Shown: in pieces, positions 25,993-34,912 of the stretch | How positions within the stretch are numbered: the stretch's first letter is position 1 | Layout of the letters: the number at the start of each line of letters is the position of its first letter | Source of the DNA: an uncultured Bacilli bacterium | GTDB taxonomy: Bacteria; Bacillota_I; Bacilli_A; RF39; UBA660 | NCBI GenBank assembly: GCA_944372055.1 | Contig: CALVYF010000001.1 | Span: forward strand, 54,384 to 118,383 | DNA length: 64,000 bases | Reading direction: 5' to 3' | Translations under genes and position numbers: made by a program | Notes under the pieces: model-generated | The model's input: the letters and a program-made list of their open reading frames with translations, nothing else | What the model was told of the DNA's origin: nothing | Database searches by the model: none

Positions 25993-27345
25993 TTAAGCAA
26001 CTTTTTGATATTCATAACTCGCTGTCTCTGTAGAACTAGAATTAATACCCAATTCTTGTCTAATCTGATTCATCGTATTTTCTAATCCACCATTAAGAAC
26101 TGTAAGCTTTCTATTTTCTTCTAACAATCTAGAATTTTCATCCCTTAAGCTAGATACTTCTTGTATTTGAGACTGATATTTTTGAGTTTCTTGCTCCAAT
26201 TCCATGATTCTAGCTTCTAAATCTTTATTTTGCTCTTGTAATTGTCGATTTCTTTGAACAATATCACTAACTGCATGAACAACATCACCCATATCTTGAG
26301 TTTCCATAGAAGCTTCTTCACTATTATCTCCACTAGAAATACTATCTTCCTCTTTAGATATAGCCTCATCTACACCAGAAAAAGGTTCCATACTTTCATC
26401 TTTTATTTCAGTATCATCTTGTGCTTCTGTAACAACTGAATTTTCTACCTCTTTAGTTTTATCAATAGAAATAGGTGGAATTAAAGTTCCAAGAGAATCA
26501 TTTGATTCCTCAGCTTTCTCTTCTTCGAAAGACTCCGTGTTTTCAGCAGTAGAATCAGAAGCAGTTAAAGCAGCATCAATTTTATCTTTTGAAACAGAAA
26601 CACCTGTAACATCTAAAGTATCCTCTTTCTTTTCTTCTGTTGGCTTGATTTCTGGAAGCACTGGGTCAACAACTACTTTATCATTAGATGGCTCTTCTTC
26701 TGCCAAGATTCCACTTGGCTTTACCGCAAATAAATCAGTACGTGGAAATTGGGCAACAGAAGATTCAGGAACATTAGTACTACAATAGAAGGAATCATCG
26801 GTCATTCCAATAAAACTATAATATTGATTATCAAATATATTTTTTCCATCTAAAGTATAAACTGTACCTTCAGATAGCAAATCATTTAAAATAAACTTAC
26901 CATTAACCTCATCACCTTGACCATTCATTATTCTATTTAACTTATCTTTAATACTAGCATTAGCATTAACCATCTTTTCAGCAGAAAGAGGATCATTTCT
27001 AGAAGCAATAGCATCCAAAACACTTTTTGTTTTAGCTTCACTTCTAACAACCAATAAATACTTATCTTCTATTGTTTTTATAGATTTGTTTTCAAAAGGA
27101 ATAATTATATCACCTTTTTGATTGATAACCCCCAGGTGAGTACGAAGAATCTGAGAATCAATTGCTTCTTTTAACACAGTAGAAGCGATATAAAAACCAT
27201 TATCTAATTTTTTATCATTTAAAAGATAGTACACATCCTGTTTTGAACCTTCAGTGACCGTTACAAAATCACAATAGATATCTTGTTGACCATTATATTC
27301 AGAAACTTTACCTTTTTCAAACTTTACTTGTTTTTCTTCCTGCAT
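25993..27345 (-). CDS. hypothetical protein: N-terminal globular domain, acidic disordered middle, C-terminal coiled coil
   Basis: The acidic segment (…ESFEEEKAEESNDS…DDTEIKDESMEP…) is followed by heptad-like RNRQLQEQNKDLEARIMELEQETQKYQSQIQE.... Start at the ATG at 27345 with an AGGTGGTG RBS. Confidence 0.35.
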   Translation of the reverse strand: MQEEKQVKFEKGKVSEYNGQQDIYCDFVTVTEGSKQDVYYLLNDKKLDNGFYIASTVLKEAIDSQILRTHLGVINQKGDIIIPFENKSIKTIEDKYLLVVRSEAKTKSVLDAIASRNDPLSAEKMVNANASIKDKLNRIMNGQGDEVNGKFILNDLLSEGTVYTLDGKNIFDNQYYSFIGMTDDSFYCSTNVPESSVAQFPRTDLFAVKPSGILAEEEPSNDKVVVDPVLPEIKPTEEKKEDTLDVTGVSVSKDKIDAALTASDSTAENTESFEEEKAEESNDSLGTLIPPISIDKTKEVENSVVTEAQDDTEIKDESMEPFSGVDEAISKEEDSISSGDNSEEASMETQDMGDVVHAVSDIVQRNRQLQEQNKDLEARIMELEQETQKYQSQIQEVSSLRDENSRLLEENRKLTVLNGGLENTMNQIRQELGINSSSTETASYEYQKVA

Positions 27346-27492
27346 CGTCAAAACACCACCTTCTATCATACTCTAATCATATAAAATTATAATACCACAA
27401 ATCACTATCGAAAACAACTCCTTTTCCATAGATTTTTAACAAATAAAATTGCCAAAAAAAGAAAAAAAAGTTACAATGAAAATGGTGATAAA

Positions 27493-28272
27493 ATGAAACA
27501 AGATAAAAAATTAATATTAGGAATGGCACTTCTTTTTTTCATAACTTTTGTGTCACTTGGAACATTAGTAGTAACTGAAAAATTAGCTCCCTATTATACA
27601 GATAAAATAAAAATAAAGATGGAAAAATATTTAAACGAAAACTATAAAGAAGAAAGAAAAAATTTAAAACTAGGAAAAATTACTTACAAAGCACAAACAT
27701 ATACAGCAAAAGTGACAAACATAAAAAATAAAGATTTATATTTTAATATTACTTATAAAAACAAAAAAATAACGGATACTTATAAAAAAGATTATCTAGA
27801 GGGAAAAACAATTCTTTCAAAATTAGAAACAACTATAGAAAAAGAAATAAAAGAAAATTTAAATATAAATACAACCATTACCTTTCCTCTAACATTAAAT
27901 AAATATACAAAAAATATACAACAAAATATAATTAATAACAATATAGAACAATTGAATATCTATAACATTAAATTCAATATCAATAGTTCCTTACAAACAG
28001 AAGAAATTTCTACTCTAGTTACTAAAATAATAAATCAAATTCAAAATATCCATACATTAAATATCAATCCAAATTACTATACAATAAAAATAAATAGTAA
28101 AAAAGAGAATAAAAGTCTCACGATTAAAAATTTAACAGAAAAAAACTTAAATCAAGAAAACTTGACACAAATAATCTACTACATTATGATAGAAGATGAA
28201 AACAGTATTGGAAACAGCATCATTAAAGATAATAATATCAAATATGAATATAAAAGATATGGAGATGAATAA
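27493..28272 (+). CDS. membrane-anchored Lys/Asn/Ile-rich hypothetical protein
   Basis: N-terminal TM helix followed by low-complexity K/N/I-rich repeats. GGTGA RBS. Ends at the TAA at 28270 in the same frame as the downstream HIT domain. Confidence 0.35.
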   Translation: MKQDKKLILGMALLFFITFVSLGTLVVTEKLAPYYTDKIKIKMEKYLNENYKEERKNLKLGKITYKAQTYTAKVTNIKNKDLYFNITYKNKKITDTYKKDYLEGKTILSKLETTIEKEIKENLNINTTITFPLTLNKYTKNIQQNIINNNIEQLNIYNIKFNINSSLQTEEISTLVTKIINQIQNIHTLNINPNYYTIKINSKKENKSLTIKNLTEKNLNQENLTQIIYYIMIEDENSIGNSIIKDNNIKYEYKRYGDE

Positions 28273-28653
28273 AAAGATTGTATTTTTTGTAAAATCATCA
28301 ACAACGAACTACCATCAAAAACAGTATATGAAGATAGTAAAGTCAAAGTAATTATGAACATTAATCCAATTGTTAATATTACCAAAAAGCATTATGAAAA
28401 TATTTTAGATATTCCAGAAGAAGTATTAATGCACGCTATGAAAACATTACGAGAAAATATATATCCTATATTAAAAGAAAAATTAAAATGTGAAGGTTTT
28501 ACTATTTGTGAAAATAACTTTTTAGGACAAGATATTAGACATTTTCATATACACGTAATACCAAGATATCAAAATGACAAAATAGATTTTAATTACAATA
28601 AAGAACAATTAAAAGATTTAGATAACATATTTAAAGTCTTACAAGACAAGTAA
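28265..28653 (+). pseudogene. HIT-family (histidine triad) hydrolase gene with an apparent -1 frameshift in an A5 run near the start
   Basis: Frame 1 from 28273 encodes (K)DCIFCKIINNELPSKTVYEDSKV...HFHIHVIPR, a complete HIT domain including the histidine triad, but it has no in-frame start. The only ATG is at 28265, in frame 2 (MNKKIV...). One extra A in the A5 run at 28271-28275 would give MNKKDCIFCKI.... Confidence 0.5.
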
Positions 28654-29134
28654 GAATAGCATCAATTATAATGAAAACTAATGCCAAGATACTAAACCAT
28701 CTTGGTATTTTTTTTACTATTTTTTCCTCAATAGGTAAAATAACATAAACTAACAATATAGATATAAATCCCCATAACAAACTCATTCCCAATGAAATAT
28801 ACGGACCTAAATTATATTTTTGATTGCGATAACTCCAAAACTCTTTATGAAAAACAGCCTCAATCACGACTCCTCCCAACCATTCTAATAAAGAAAGTAA
28901 TAAAAAAACCGTAAAAAATAAAACAACTGTTTTCCAAAGCTTAGATAATTTTAGTTTACGAAAAACAACTTTACTAACCGCTACAATAATAATCGCTCCA
29001 AAGCCATATACGGGAATCCAAGGACCAAATAAAATTCCATTATTCATACCATGAAAAACAAAAACTTTTAATCCAGTTTCTAATAAAAATCCCAAAAAAG
29101 AATTAATAAAAAATAAATTTAAATAATAATACAT
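28631..29134 (-). CDS. polytopic membrane protein, unknown function
   Basis: About 167 aa with 4-5 hydrophobic helices. GGTGA RBS before the ATG at 29134. Confidence 0.35.
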   Translation of the reverse strand: MYYYLNLFFINSFLGFLLETGLKVFVFHGMNNGILFGPWIPVYGFGAIIIVAVSKVVFRKLKLSKLWKTVVLFFTVFLLLSLLEWLGGVVIEAVFHKEFWSYRNQKYNLGPYISLGMSLLWGFISILLVYVILPIEEKIVKKIPRWFSILALVFIIIDAILTCLVRL

Positions 29135-29179
29135 ATTATCACCATTATTAGTATTCCACAAAAAATAAAAAAGATAAGA

Positions 29180-29305
29180 ATTAAATTCTTACCTTAATTA
29201 ATAACACATTGTGCCACCTAAAATAATAGCTAATAAGATGTATAAAACAATAATAATAACAAAACTATTATTTCTTCTTGGAGCAACATTTTCAGAACAA
29301 GACAT
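29180..29305 (-). CDS. tiny transmembrane peptide (41 aa), YjcZ/tiny_TM_bacill-like
   Basis: Strong RBS UAAGGAGGUG 5 nt upstream of the ATG. MSCSENVAPRRNNSFVIIIVLYILLAIIFRWHNVLLIKVRI has a single hydrophobic helix. Below the ORF-track size cutoff. Confidence 0.35.
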
Positions 29306-29317
29306 TAAAACACCTCC

Positions 29318-29398
29318 TTAAATATAAGCACCTAAGATAATAACCAAAAGAATGAACAAAACTAATAAGATTGCTGAAGACGAAATACAATTACTCAT
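29318..29398 (-). CDS. tiny transmembrane peptide (26 aa), YjcZ/tiny_TM_bacill-like
   Basis: RBS AAGGAGGA 6 nt upstream. MSNCISSSAILLVLFILLVIILGAYI resembles the ...FALIVVLFILLIIVG... core of the Bacillus YjcZ tiny-TM family. Tandem with the 41-aa peptide, and both share an MS(N)C N-terminus. Confidence 0.4.
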   Translation of the reverse strand: MSNCISSSAILLVLFILLVIILGAYI

Positions 29399-29528
29399 AT
29401 CTTTTCCTCCTTTTTTTATGCTTTCATGATATTCTATGGCAAAATTGAAATTTGTGTGATTATATCTAGTATATTTATTGCACGAATTTATTTTTTTTGT
29501 TATGATATGTGTGTTTAGGAGGAATAAC

Positions 29529-30527
29529 ATGAATAAAAAAATAGGAATAGGATTATGTTCGCTATTAGCTATTACTGCAATCACTACAGGATGTGGTAAA
29601 GAAGCAAAATTAGATGATAATAAAACAGCAGTATCACTAAAAGGTGCTAAAATTACTGCTACAGACTACTACAATGAAATCAAAACAAGCAATATCTCTA
29701 AGTTAGTAAATATGATTGATCATGAATTATTTGATGAAAAATATCCAGCAACAGAGGAAGAAGACGAATCAGTAAAAAATCAAATTAATCAAATTAAGGA
29801 AAGTTATGGCTCAAATGATACAATGTTTCTAAGTGCTATTCAACAATATTTCGGAGTAAACTCCGAAGATGAGCTTGAAGATATGCTACGTCTAGAATAT
29901 AAAAGAAATGAAGCAGTAGTGGATTATTTAAAAGATGAATTAACAGATAAAGAAATTGAAGATTACTATGACAAAAACATTATTGGAGATATTAAAGCCA
30001 GTCATATTTTAATTACTCCAGATGTAGATAGCGATGCAAGTGATGAAGAAAAAGAGAAAGCTGAAAAGAAAGCACAAAAAGAAGCTGAAAAGATTATAAA
30101 AAAACTAAATAATGGAGAAGATTTTGCAGATCTTGCGAAAAAGTATTCTGACGATAATGCAACTGCAAAAGATGGTGGAGACCTAGGATATTTCAATACA
30201 GACGACATGGACGAAAACTTCATGGAAGCTGTAAAAGAATTAGATAATGATGAATATACAAAAGAACCAGTAAAAACACAGTATGGATATCACATCATCT
30301 TAAAAGTAGACCAAAAAGAAAAACCTAAATTAAAAAAGGTAAAAGATGATATTAAAACAACTTTAGCAAACAATAAATTAGACAACAACTCTACTCTACA
30401 CTATCAAACATTAATAGATATTAGAGAAAAAAATAATATAAAATGGAAAGATGATGAACTAGAAAAACAATATGAAGATCTAATGGATCAATTATTAGAT
30501 GCTGTATCAGGTTCTACAACCAACTAA
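29529..30527 (+). CDS. prsA: foldase protein PrsA (parvulin-type PPIase lipoprotein)
   Basis: Lipobox ...AITTGC. Central ...IKASHILI... and ...LGYFNTDDMDENFMEAV...GYHIILKV... match a parvulin domain. GGAGG RBS before the ATG at 29529. Confidence 0.85.
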   Translation: MNKKIGIGLCSLLAITAITTGCGKEAKLDDNKTAVSLKGAKITATDYYNEIKTSNISKLVNMIDHELFDEKYPATEEEDESVKNQINQIKESYGSNDTMFLSAIQQYFGVNSEDELEDMLRLEYKRNEAVVDYLKDELTDKEIEDYYDKNIIGDIKASHILITPDVDSDASDEEKEKAEKKAQKEAEKIIKKLNNGEDFADLAKKYSDDNATAKDGGDLGYFNTDDMDENFMEAVKELDNDEYTKEPVKTQYGYHIILKVDQKEKPKLKKVKDDIKTTLANNKLDNNSTLHYQTLIDIREKNNIKWKDDELEKQYEDLMDQLLDAVSGSTTN

Positions 30528-30552
30528 AAAGTACCATATTAGGTACTTTTAT
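30526..30552. terminator. bidirectional terminator between prsA and the convergent membrane-protein gene
   Basis: AAAGTACCatattaGGTACTTT followed by TATTTT, with an A run on the other side. Confidence 0.5.
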
Positions 30553-31966
30553 TTTGTTTAAAAATTACACAAGTATCATCAGAATAAATCATACGATACA
30601 CATGACTATCTTTCAAATAACTAAAGATACCGCTTTTTTTAGGAACAATAAAATAATCGAATTGATATTTAGTTAACAAATTAGTAAAACGATAACGAAG
30701 TCTAGAAATATCTTGGTAATCTTGATATATTTCTCCAGAATATAAATCAGCACGACCATCAATAAAAACAGGAATATCTCGATAAATTAAATAAGCTCCA
30801 TAATCATAATAGTTAAACAGCCTTTTAGGTTTTTCTTTTTCTAAAACTGTAATTGCTTCATCTGACAAAGTTTTTGTAGTAATAATACTAGAATAAGAAA
30901 AACTATGAACAAAAAACAAAAACAACAAAAATGAAAACATAAGAATTAGGAAACAAGAATAACAATCTTGTTTTCTTTCTGAAATATAATAAAATATAAA
31001 AAAACTAAATACAATATAACTAAAAAACCAAAAACGAATACTCTTTAATCCGAGATACAAAAATACTATATAAAACAATGCATCAATAAAACGTATCTTT
31101 TTTTTACTAAATACCATAACAACAAGAACAAAAAAAACAAATATAAAATAAACATAATGAGACAATTCATTTAAATTACTTGGTTGCCATTCTGCAATCG
31201 TAGAAAGCATCAGAGAATCTCCCATATTTTGATATGGATAAAATAACATTGTAATACCATGAGGATTAAATAAAATACCAAGCATACATAATAAAGCAAC
31301 TACAAGATAAGTAATAATTTGACTCCTAGTTAACCGCACTGCCTCAATCTTCCTACAAGAAAATTGAAATAATCCGGCAAAAATAGCGAAAAAACACAAC
31401 AAGTATGGCAAATTAGAAGACCCACCATGAATATTAGCCCAAAGCAAACTAACGAAAGGTAAAAAATATATTTTTTTAGAATTAGGGTGATAGAAAAAAT
31501 CAAATACAAGCCAAACACTAATAGCAAGAAACAAAAAACTAAGTAACTGCGGTCTCCCACTTAAGCCTGTAAAAATCAAAGAAAAAAAGATAGTCCATAA
31601 TAAAGCAAAAGGAACATTTTTTAAATACTCTCGTTTTTGTATAAAAAATAAAAATAATAACAAACCAAAAGAAACAGAAAAAACATAAATAAACAAATGA
31701 AAATCTCCAAACAAATAATCAAGACCATACAGTAATATTTCAAACAGCCATTCATGAGAAACCCATGGAGAATGAAAGAGACTCCATGAAAAAACATCTT
31801 GAGTCAAAATAGTAGAATGTTGAACCATATACTTCCCAGCTTTATAATGCCAAAAATAATCAATATCCATTCGTAAAAACAACATTAAAAATAACGAAAA
31901 AGAAAATAAAAAAGCAAAAAAGGAAAGCTCTAATTTATGATGCTTTATAAAACGCCTAATCTTCAT
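30539..31966 (-). CDS. polytopic membrane protein (about 11 TM) with C-terminal extracytoplasmic domain, unknown function
   Basis: 475 aa. The hydrophobicity pattern resembles a GT-C-type glycosyltransferase or O-antigen-ligase topology, but I recognise no motif. Confidence 0.35.
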   Translation of the reverse strand: MKIRRFIKHHKLELSFFAFLFSFSLFLMLFLRMDIDYFWHYKAGKYMVQHSTILTQDVFSWSLFHSPWVSHEWLFEILLYGLDYLFGDFHLFIYVFSVSFGLLLFLFFIQKREYLKNVPFALLWTIFFSLIFTGLSGRPQLLSFLFLAISVWLVFDFFYHPNSKKIYFLPFVSLLWANIHGGSSNLPYLLCFFAIFAGLFQFSCRKIEAVRLTRSQIITYLVVALLCMLGILFNPHGITMLFYPYQNMGDSLMLSTIAEWQPSNLNELSHYVYFIFVFFVLVVMVFSKKKIRFIDALFYIVFLYLGLKSIRFWFFSYIVFSFFIFYYISERKQDCYSCFLILMFSFLLFLFFVHSFSYSSIITTKTLSDEAITVLEKEKPKRLFNYYDYGAYLIYRDIPVFIDGRADLYSGEIYQDYQDISRLRYRFTNLLTKYQFDYFIVPKKSGIFSYLKDSHVYRMIYSDDTCVIFKQNKST

Positions 31967-32702
31967 AATATAAACCTTTCTGATACAATTTTTCTTTTAT
32001 TTTAAATTCCAACTCTTTTCCTGAATACTTTTTACTAAGTCTACGATATAATTTCTCTGCTTCCTTCTTAGCAATATCTTTTGTATTACCAAAATCTAAA
32101 CGTGATAACACTTCATCAATCAAAGAAACACTATAACCCAAATTCTGTAAATCGTGAATAATCTTTTTACGCAAAACAATTCCTCCACGAGTTCTATTGC
32201 TTTTAATTAGTCTACCAGCAACCTTCTCAATCCTTAAAACCTGTTCTTCTTTAGTAAAAATTTCTAGTTCTTCTAATACAATATCTAAGGATACTCCTTT
32301 ATCCAACAATTCTCTTTCTAATTTTTTAGGACCTTTAGAAGTAGTAATCATCTGCGTATTAATATATGCCTTAGCAAAACTTCTATCATTTAAATATCCT
32401 TGATCCAATAATTTTTGGATGGCCTTGTCCACATACTCCTGTGGATATTCTTTTTGTAACAAAGAAAGACGCAAATCCTTTACTGATTTGAAGCGACTTT
32501 TTAAAGATTTTAAAGCCACATAATAAACATCATACTCCTGATTAGCAAGTAATATTTTTTCTAACTCATAATCACTAATATCCTTTTTTAATAATAATTC
32601 AAATTGTAAAATGACCTCTTCATATAAATCCAAACTTTTTTGAGACTCCAACTGCAGTTCATATTGTCCATTTCGTTTTTTCTTATATTTTAAAATTTTC
32701 AT
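31956..32702 (-). CDS. recX: recombination regulator RecX
   Basis: 248 aa. ...YLNDRSFAKAYINTQMITTSKGPKKLERELLDKGVSLDIV... aligns with the B. subtilis RecX (YfhG) repeat region. Confidence 0.75.
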   Translation of the reverse strand: MKILKYKKKRNGQYELQLESQKSLDLYEEVILQFELLLKKDISDYELEKILLANQEYDVYYVALKSLKSRFKSVKDLRLSLLQKEYPQEYVDKAIQKLLDQGYLNDRSFAKAYINTQMITTSKGPKKLERELLDKGVSLDIVLEELEIFTKEEQVLRIEKVAGRLIKSNRTRGGIVLRKKIIHDLQNLGYSVSLIDEVLSRLDFGNTKDIAKKEAEKLYRRLSKKYSGKELEFKIKEKLYQKGLYYED

Positions 32703-32745
32703 GTCATCACCCGATAATAGTATATCACGAAAAAAGAGAAAAGTA

Positions 32746-32952
32746 TTACTTCTCTCCTTTTTTCACTTCTATCAGTCCTTCTGTGACTTCTTCTAAAGCC
32801 CTTCCAATATTTTTCGTACTCTTATACTCATTAGCAGGCATTTGCAAATAACCTGTTTTTGATATCTCTTTACTACGACGTGCAGCAATATGAACTAATT
32901 CGTACTTTGAGTCAACAATATTTAATAGTTTATCAATTGAAGGATAAATCAT
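32746..32952 (-). CDS. rpoZ: DNA-directed RNA polymerase subunit omega
   Basis: MIYPSIDKLLNIVDSKYELVHIAARRSKEI...GRALEEVTEGL matches the RpoZ pattern (xPSID.L....SKY.LV..AA.RAR). Start at the ATG at 32952 with an AGGGAGTG RBS. Confidence 0.7.
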   Translation of the reverse strand: MIYPSIDKLLNIVDSKYELVHIAARRSKEISKTGYLQMPANEYKSTKNIGRALEEVTEGLIEVKKGEK

Positions 32953-33090
32953 TCGTATCACACTCCCTATCATTAGAATAAAACACTCTAAAAAAATAAT
33001 CAAGCAAGCTGACATAATTAGACACAATGATTTACAAATAAATATTAATTATTAAAAAACGAACATCAATATGTTCGTTTAAAAGAAAGA

Positions 33091-33429
33091 TTATCTAAAT
33101 TGACAACAAGATCCGCACTGAACATTACTTACTACATTCTCTTCAGAACAAGTATACTGAGGACGATAAGTATGCCTAAAAATATGATGATTAATAATTC
33201 TAGTATGGATTGGACAAACATGAGGTACTTCATGAACGATTGTCTTATGAATACATTTTTGCTGAACTCCTTCTTGTACTGGACATCCCATATTTGAATT
33301 CATATTCATTCCCATGTTCATCCCATTCATTTCGCTATTCATATTAATATCAACATTCATATCATTATCAACCACATTATTATTCCCTTTAACAGTAGAA
33401 TCAAAATCAAAACTGTTTTGATCAAACAT
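33091..33429 (-). CDS. Cys/His-rich small protein, possible CotD-like inner spore coat protein
   Basis: 112 aa. ...CPVQEGVQQKCIHKTIVHEVPHVCPIHTRIINHHIFRHTYRPQY...CGSCCQ shows the His/Pro/Thr periodicity and terminal Cys cluster I associate with CotD. The N-terminus is Met/Asn-rich. Confidence 0.4.
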   Translation of the reverse strand: MFDQNSFDFDSTVKGNNNVVDNDMNVDINMNSEMNGMNMGMNMNSNMGCPVQEGVQQKCIHKTIVHEVPHVCPIHTRIINHHIFRHTYRPQYTCSEENVVSNVQCGSCCQFR

Positions 33430-33533
33430 TATAATTACCTCCTATATTTTATCTTATGTAAAATAACTAATTAGAAAACGACATATGCCTATAAAAAATA
33501 GATATCAACAAAAAAAGTACTAAAACTTAGTAC

Positions 33534-34841
33534 TTAAAAAGGCAACTTCATATTTCCATTAGAAAACTGTTTCATCATTTTCTTCATTTGATCAAACTGT
33601 TGTAACAACTTATTCACTTCTTGCACCGAAGTACCACTACCATTAGCAATTCTAGTTTTTCGACTAGCTTTAATAATCTCTGGATGTCGTCTTTCTTTTG
33701 GTGTCATAGATAAAACAATAGCTTCAATATGAGCAAGCTGTTTAGGATCAATTTTAACATTATTAAGCCCCATCTTCTTTGCACCAGGAATAAGTTTAAG
33801 TAAATTTTCTAAAGGTCCCAACTTTTTCATCTGTTTCATTGTAGATAAAAAGTCTTCCAAATCAAATTTTCCTTGTTGCATTCTTTTAGCTGTTTTTTCT
33901 GCTTCTTTTTCATCGATAGCTTCCGTTGCTTTTTCCACCAATGAAACAATATCACCCATTCCAAGAATACGTCCTGCCATACGTTCTGGATCAAAAGAAT
34001 CCAGACCATCCAATTTTTCAGATATACCAATAAACTTAATAGGAACATTAGTCAAATGACGAACAGATAAAGCGACCCCTCCTCTAGTGTCACCATCTAA
34101 TTTTGTAAGAACAACACCAGTAAGAGGTAATTTTTCATTAAAACCTGTAATAACATTAATAGCATCTTGACCCATCATTGAATCGATTACTAATAAGATT
34201 TCATCTGGATTTATCTCAGTACGAATATTCTCAAGCTCACCCATCAAATCTTCATCGATATGTAAACGACCTGCTGTATCAACCAAAACATAATCATAAC
34301 CATTCTCTTTTGCATAACTAATAGCATTTTTAGAAATTTCTATAGGATTACCATTACCTTCATCATAAACTTCTATATTTAATTGCTTTCCAATTTGTTT
34401 CAACTGATCAATTGCTGCCGGACGATAAACATCACAGGCAACTAACAAAGGCTTTTTTGCATGCTTTTTTCTTAAAAAATTAGCTAATTTCCCAATCGTA
34501 GTTGTTTTACCAGAACCTTGCAAACCAACTAACATCAAAACGGCTGGATTACCCTTCAAACAAATATCTTCTTGTTCTCCACCAAGTAATTCTGTCAATT
34601 CATCTTTTACAATCTTAACAAACAAATCACCAGGGTTGATACTACTAGCAACTTCTTCTCCTAAAGCCTTTTCTTTAACCGAAGTAGTAAATTCTTTTAC
34701 AACCTTATAATTTACATCTGCTTCTAATAATGCCAATCTAATCTCACGCATCATATCAGAAATATTATCTTCCGTTATTTTGCCATATCCTTTTATTTTA
34801 TGAATCGCATTTTGTAAACGATCTCCTAAACTTTCAAACAT
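33534..34841 (-). CDS. ffh: signal recognition particle protein Ffh
   Basis: N-domain, SRP54 GTPase domain (…VGLQGSGKTTT…DTAGR…TKLDG…) and a Met-rich M-domain. AGGTGA RBS before the ATG at 34841. Confidence 0.95.
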   Translation of the reverse strand: MFESLGDRLQNAIHKIKGYGKITEDNISDMMREIRLALLEADVNYKVVKEFTTSVKEKALGEEVASSINPGDLFVKIVKDELTELLGGEQEDICLKGNPAVLMLVGLQGSGKTTTIGKLANFLRKKHAKKPLLVACDVYRPAAIDQLKQIGKQLNIEVYDEGNGNPIEISKNAISYAKENGYDYVLVDTAGRLHIDEDLMGELENIRTEINPDEILLVIDSMMGQDAINVITGFNEKLPLTGVVLTKLDGDTRGGVALSVRHLTNVPIKFIGISEKLDGLDSFDPERMAGRILGMGDIVSLVEKATEAIDEKEAEKTAKRMQQGKFDLEDFLSTMKQMKKLGPLENLLKLIPGAKKMGLNNVKIDPKQLAHIEAIVLSMTPKERRHPEIIKASRKTRIANGSGTSVQEVNKLLQQFDQMKKMMKQFSNGNMKLPF

Positions 34842-34884
34842 ATAATCACCTAGCATCTATTATACAAAAAAATAAAAAACAAGT

Positions 34885-34912
34885 AAATGAAAAAAGCAGG
34901 AATACCTGCTTA
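34885..34912 (-). terminator. intrinsic terminator after the HerA-like ATPase gene, separating it from ffh
   Basis: Minus-strand RNA AAGCAGGUAUUCCUGCUU followed by UUUUCAUUU. Overlaps the ATPase stop. Confidence 0.5.

Noticed and set aside
26242-26788. 65-aa and 83-aa plus-strand ORFs inside the coiled-coil protein gene
   Set aside because: They are antisense to a long uninterrupted minus-strand ORF that has an RBS and a terminator.
27493-28653. Possible programmed stop-codon readthrough fusing the 259-aa membrane protein to the HIT domain (same frame, single TAA between them)
   Set aside because: The frame coincidence is better explained by a -1 frameshift in the A5 run that separates a normal MNKK start (with an upstream GGAG) from the DCIFCKI motif. 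Firmicutes do not use TAA readthrough, and the two domains are functionally unrelated.
29318-29584. 88-aa minus-strand ORF overlapping the prsA promoter and start
   Set aside because: Only its last 26 codons, preceded by a strong RBS, look real (the tiny TM peptide). The upstream 62 codons have no RBS and overlap the divergent prsA 5' region.
30002-30223. 73-aa minus-strand ORF in prsA
   Set aside because: It is antisense to prsA.
31330-34048. Short ORFs at 31330-31560, 32197-32403, 33100-33297 and 33836-34048
   Set aside because: Each is antisense or an alternative frame inside a supported gene (the membrane protein, recX, the cotD-like gene and ffh respectively).
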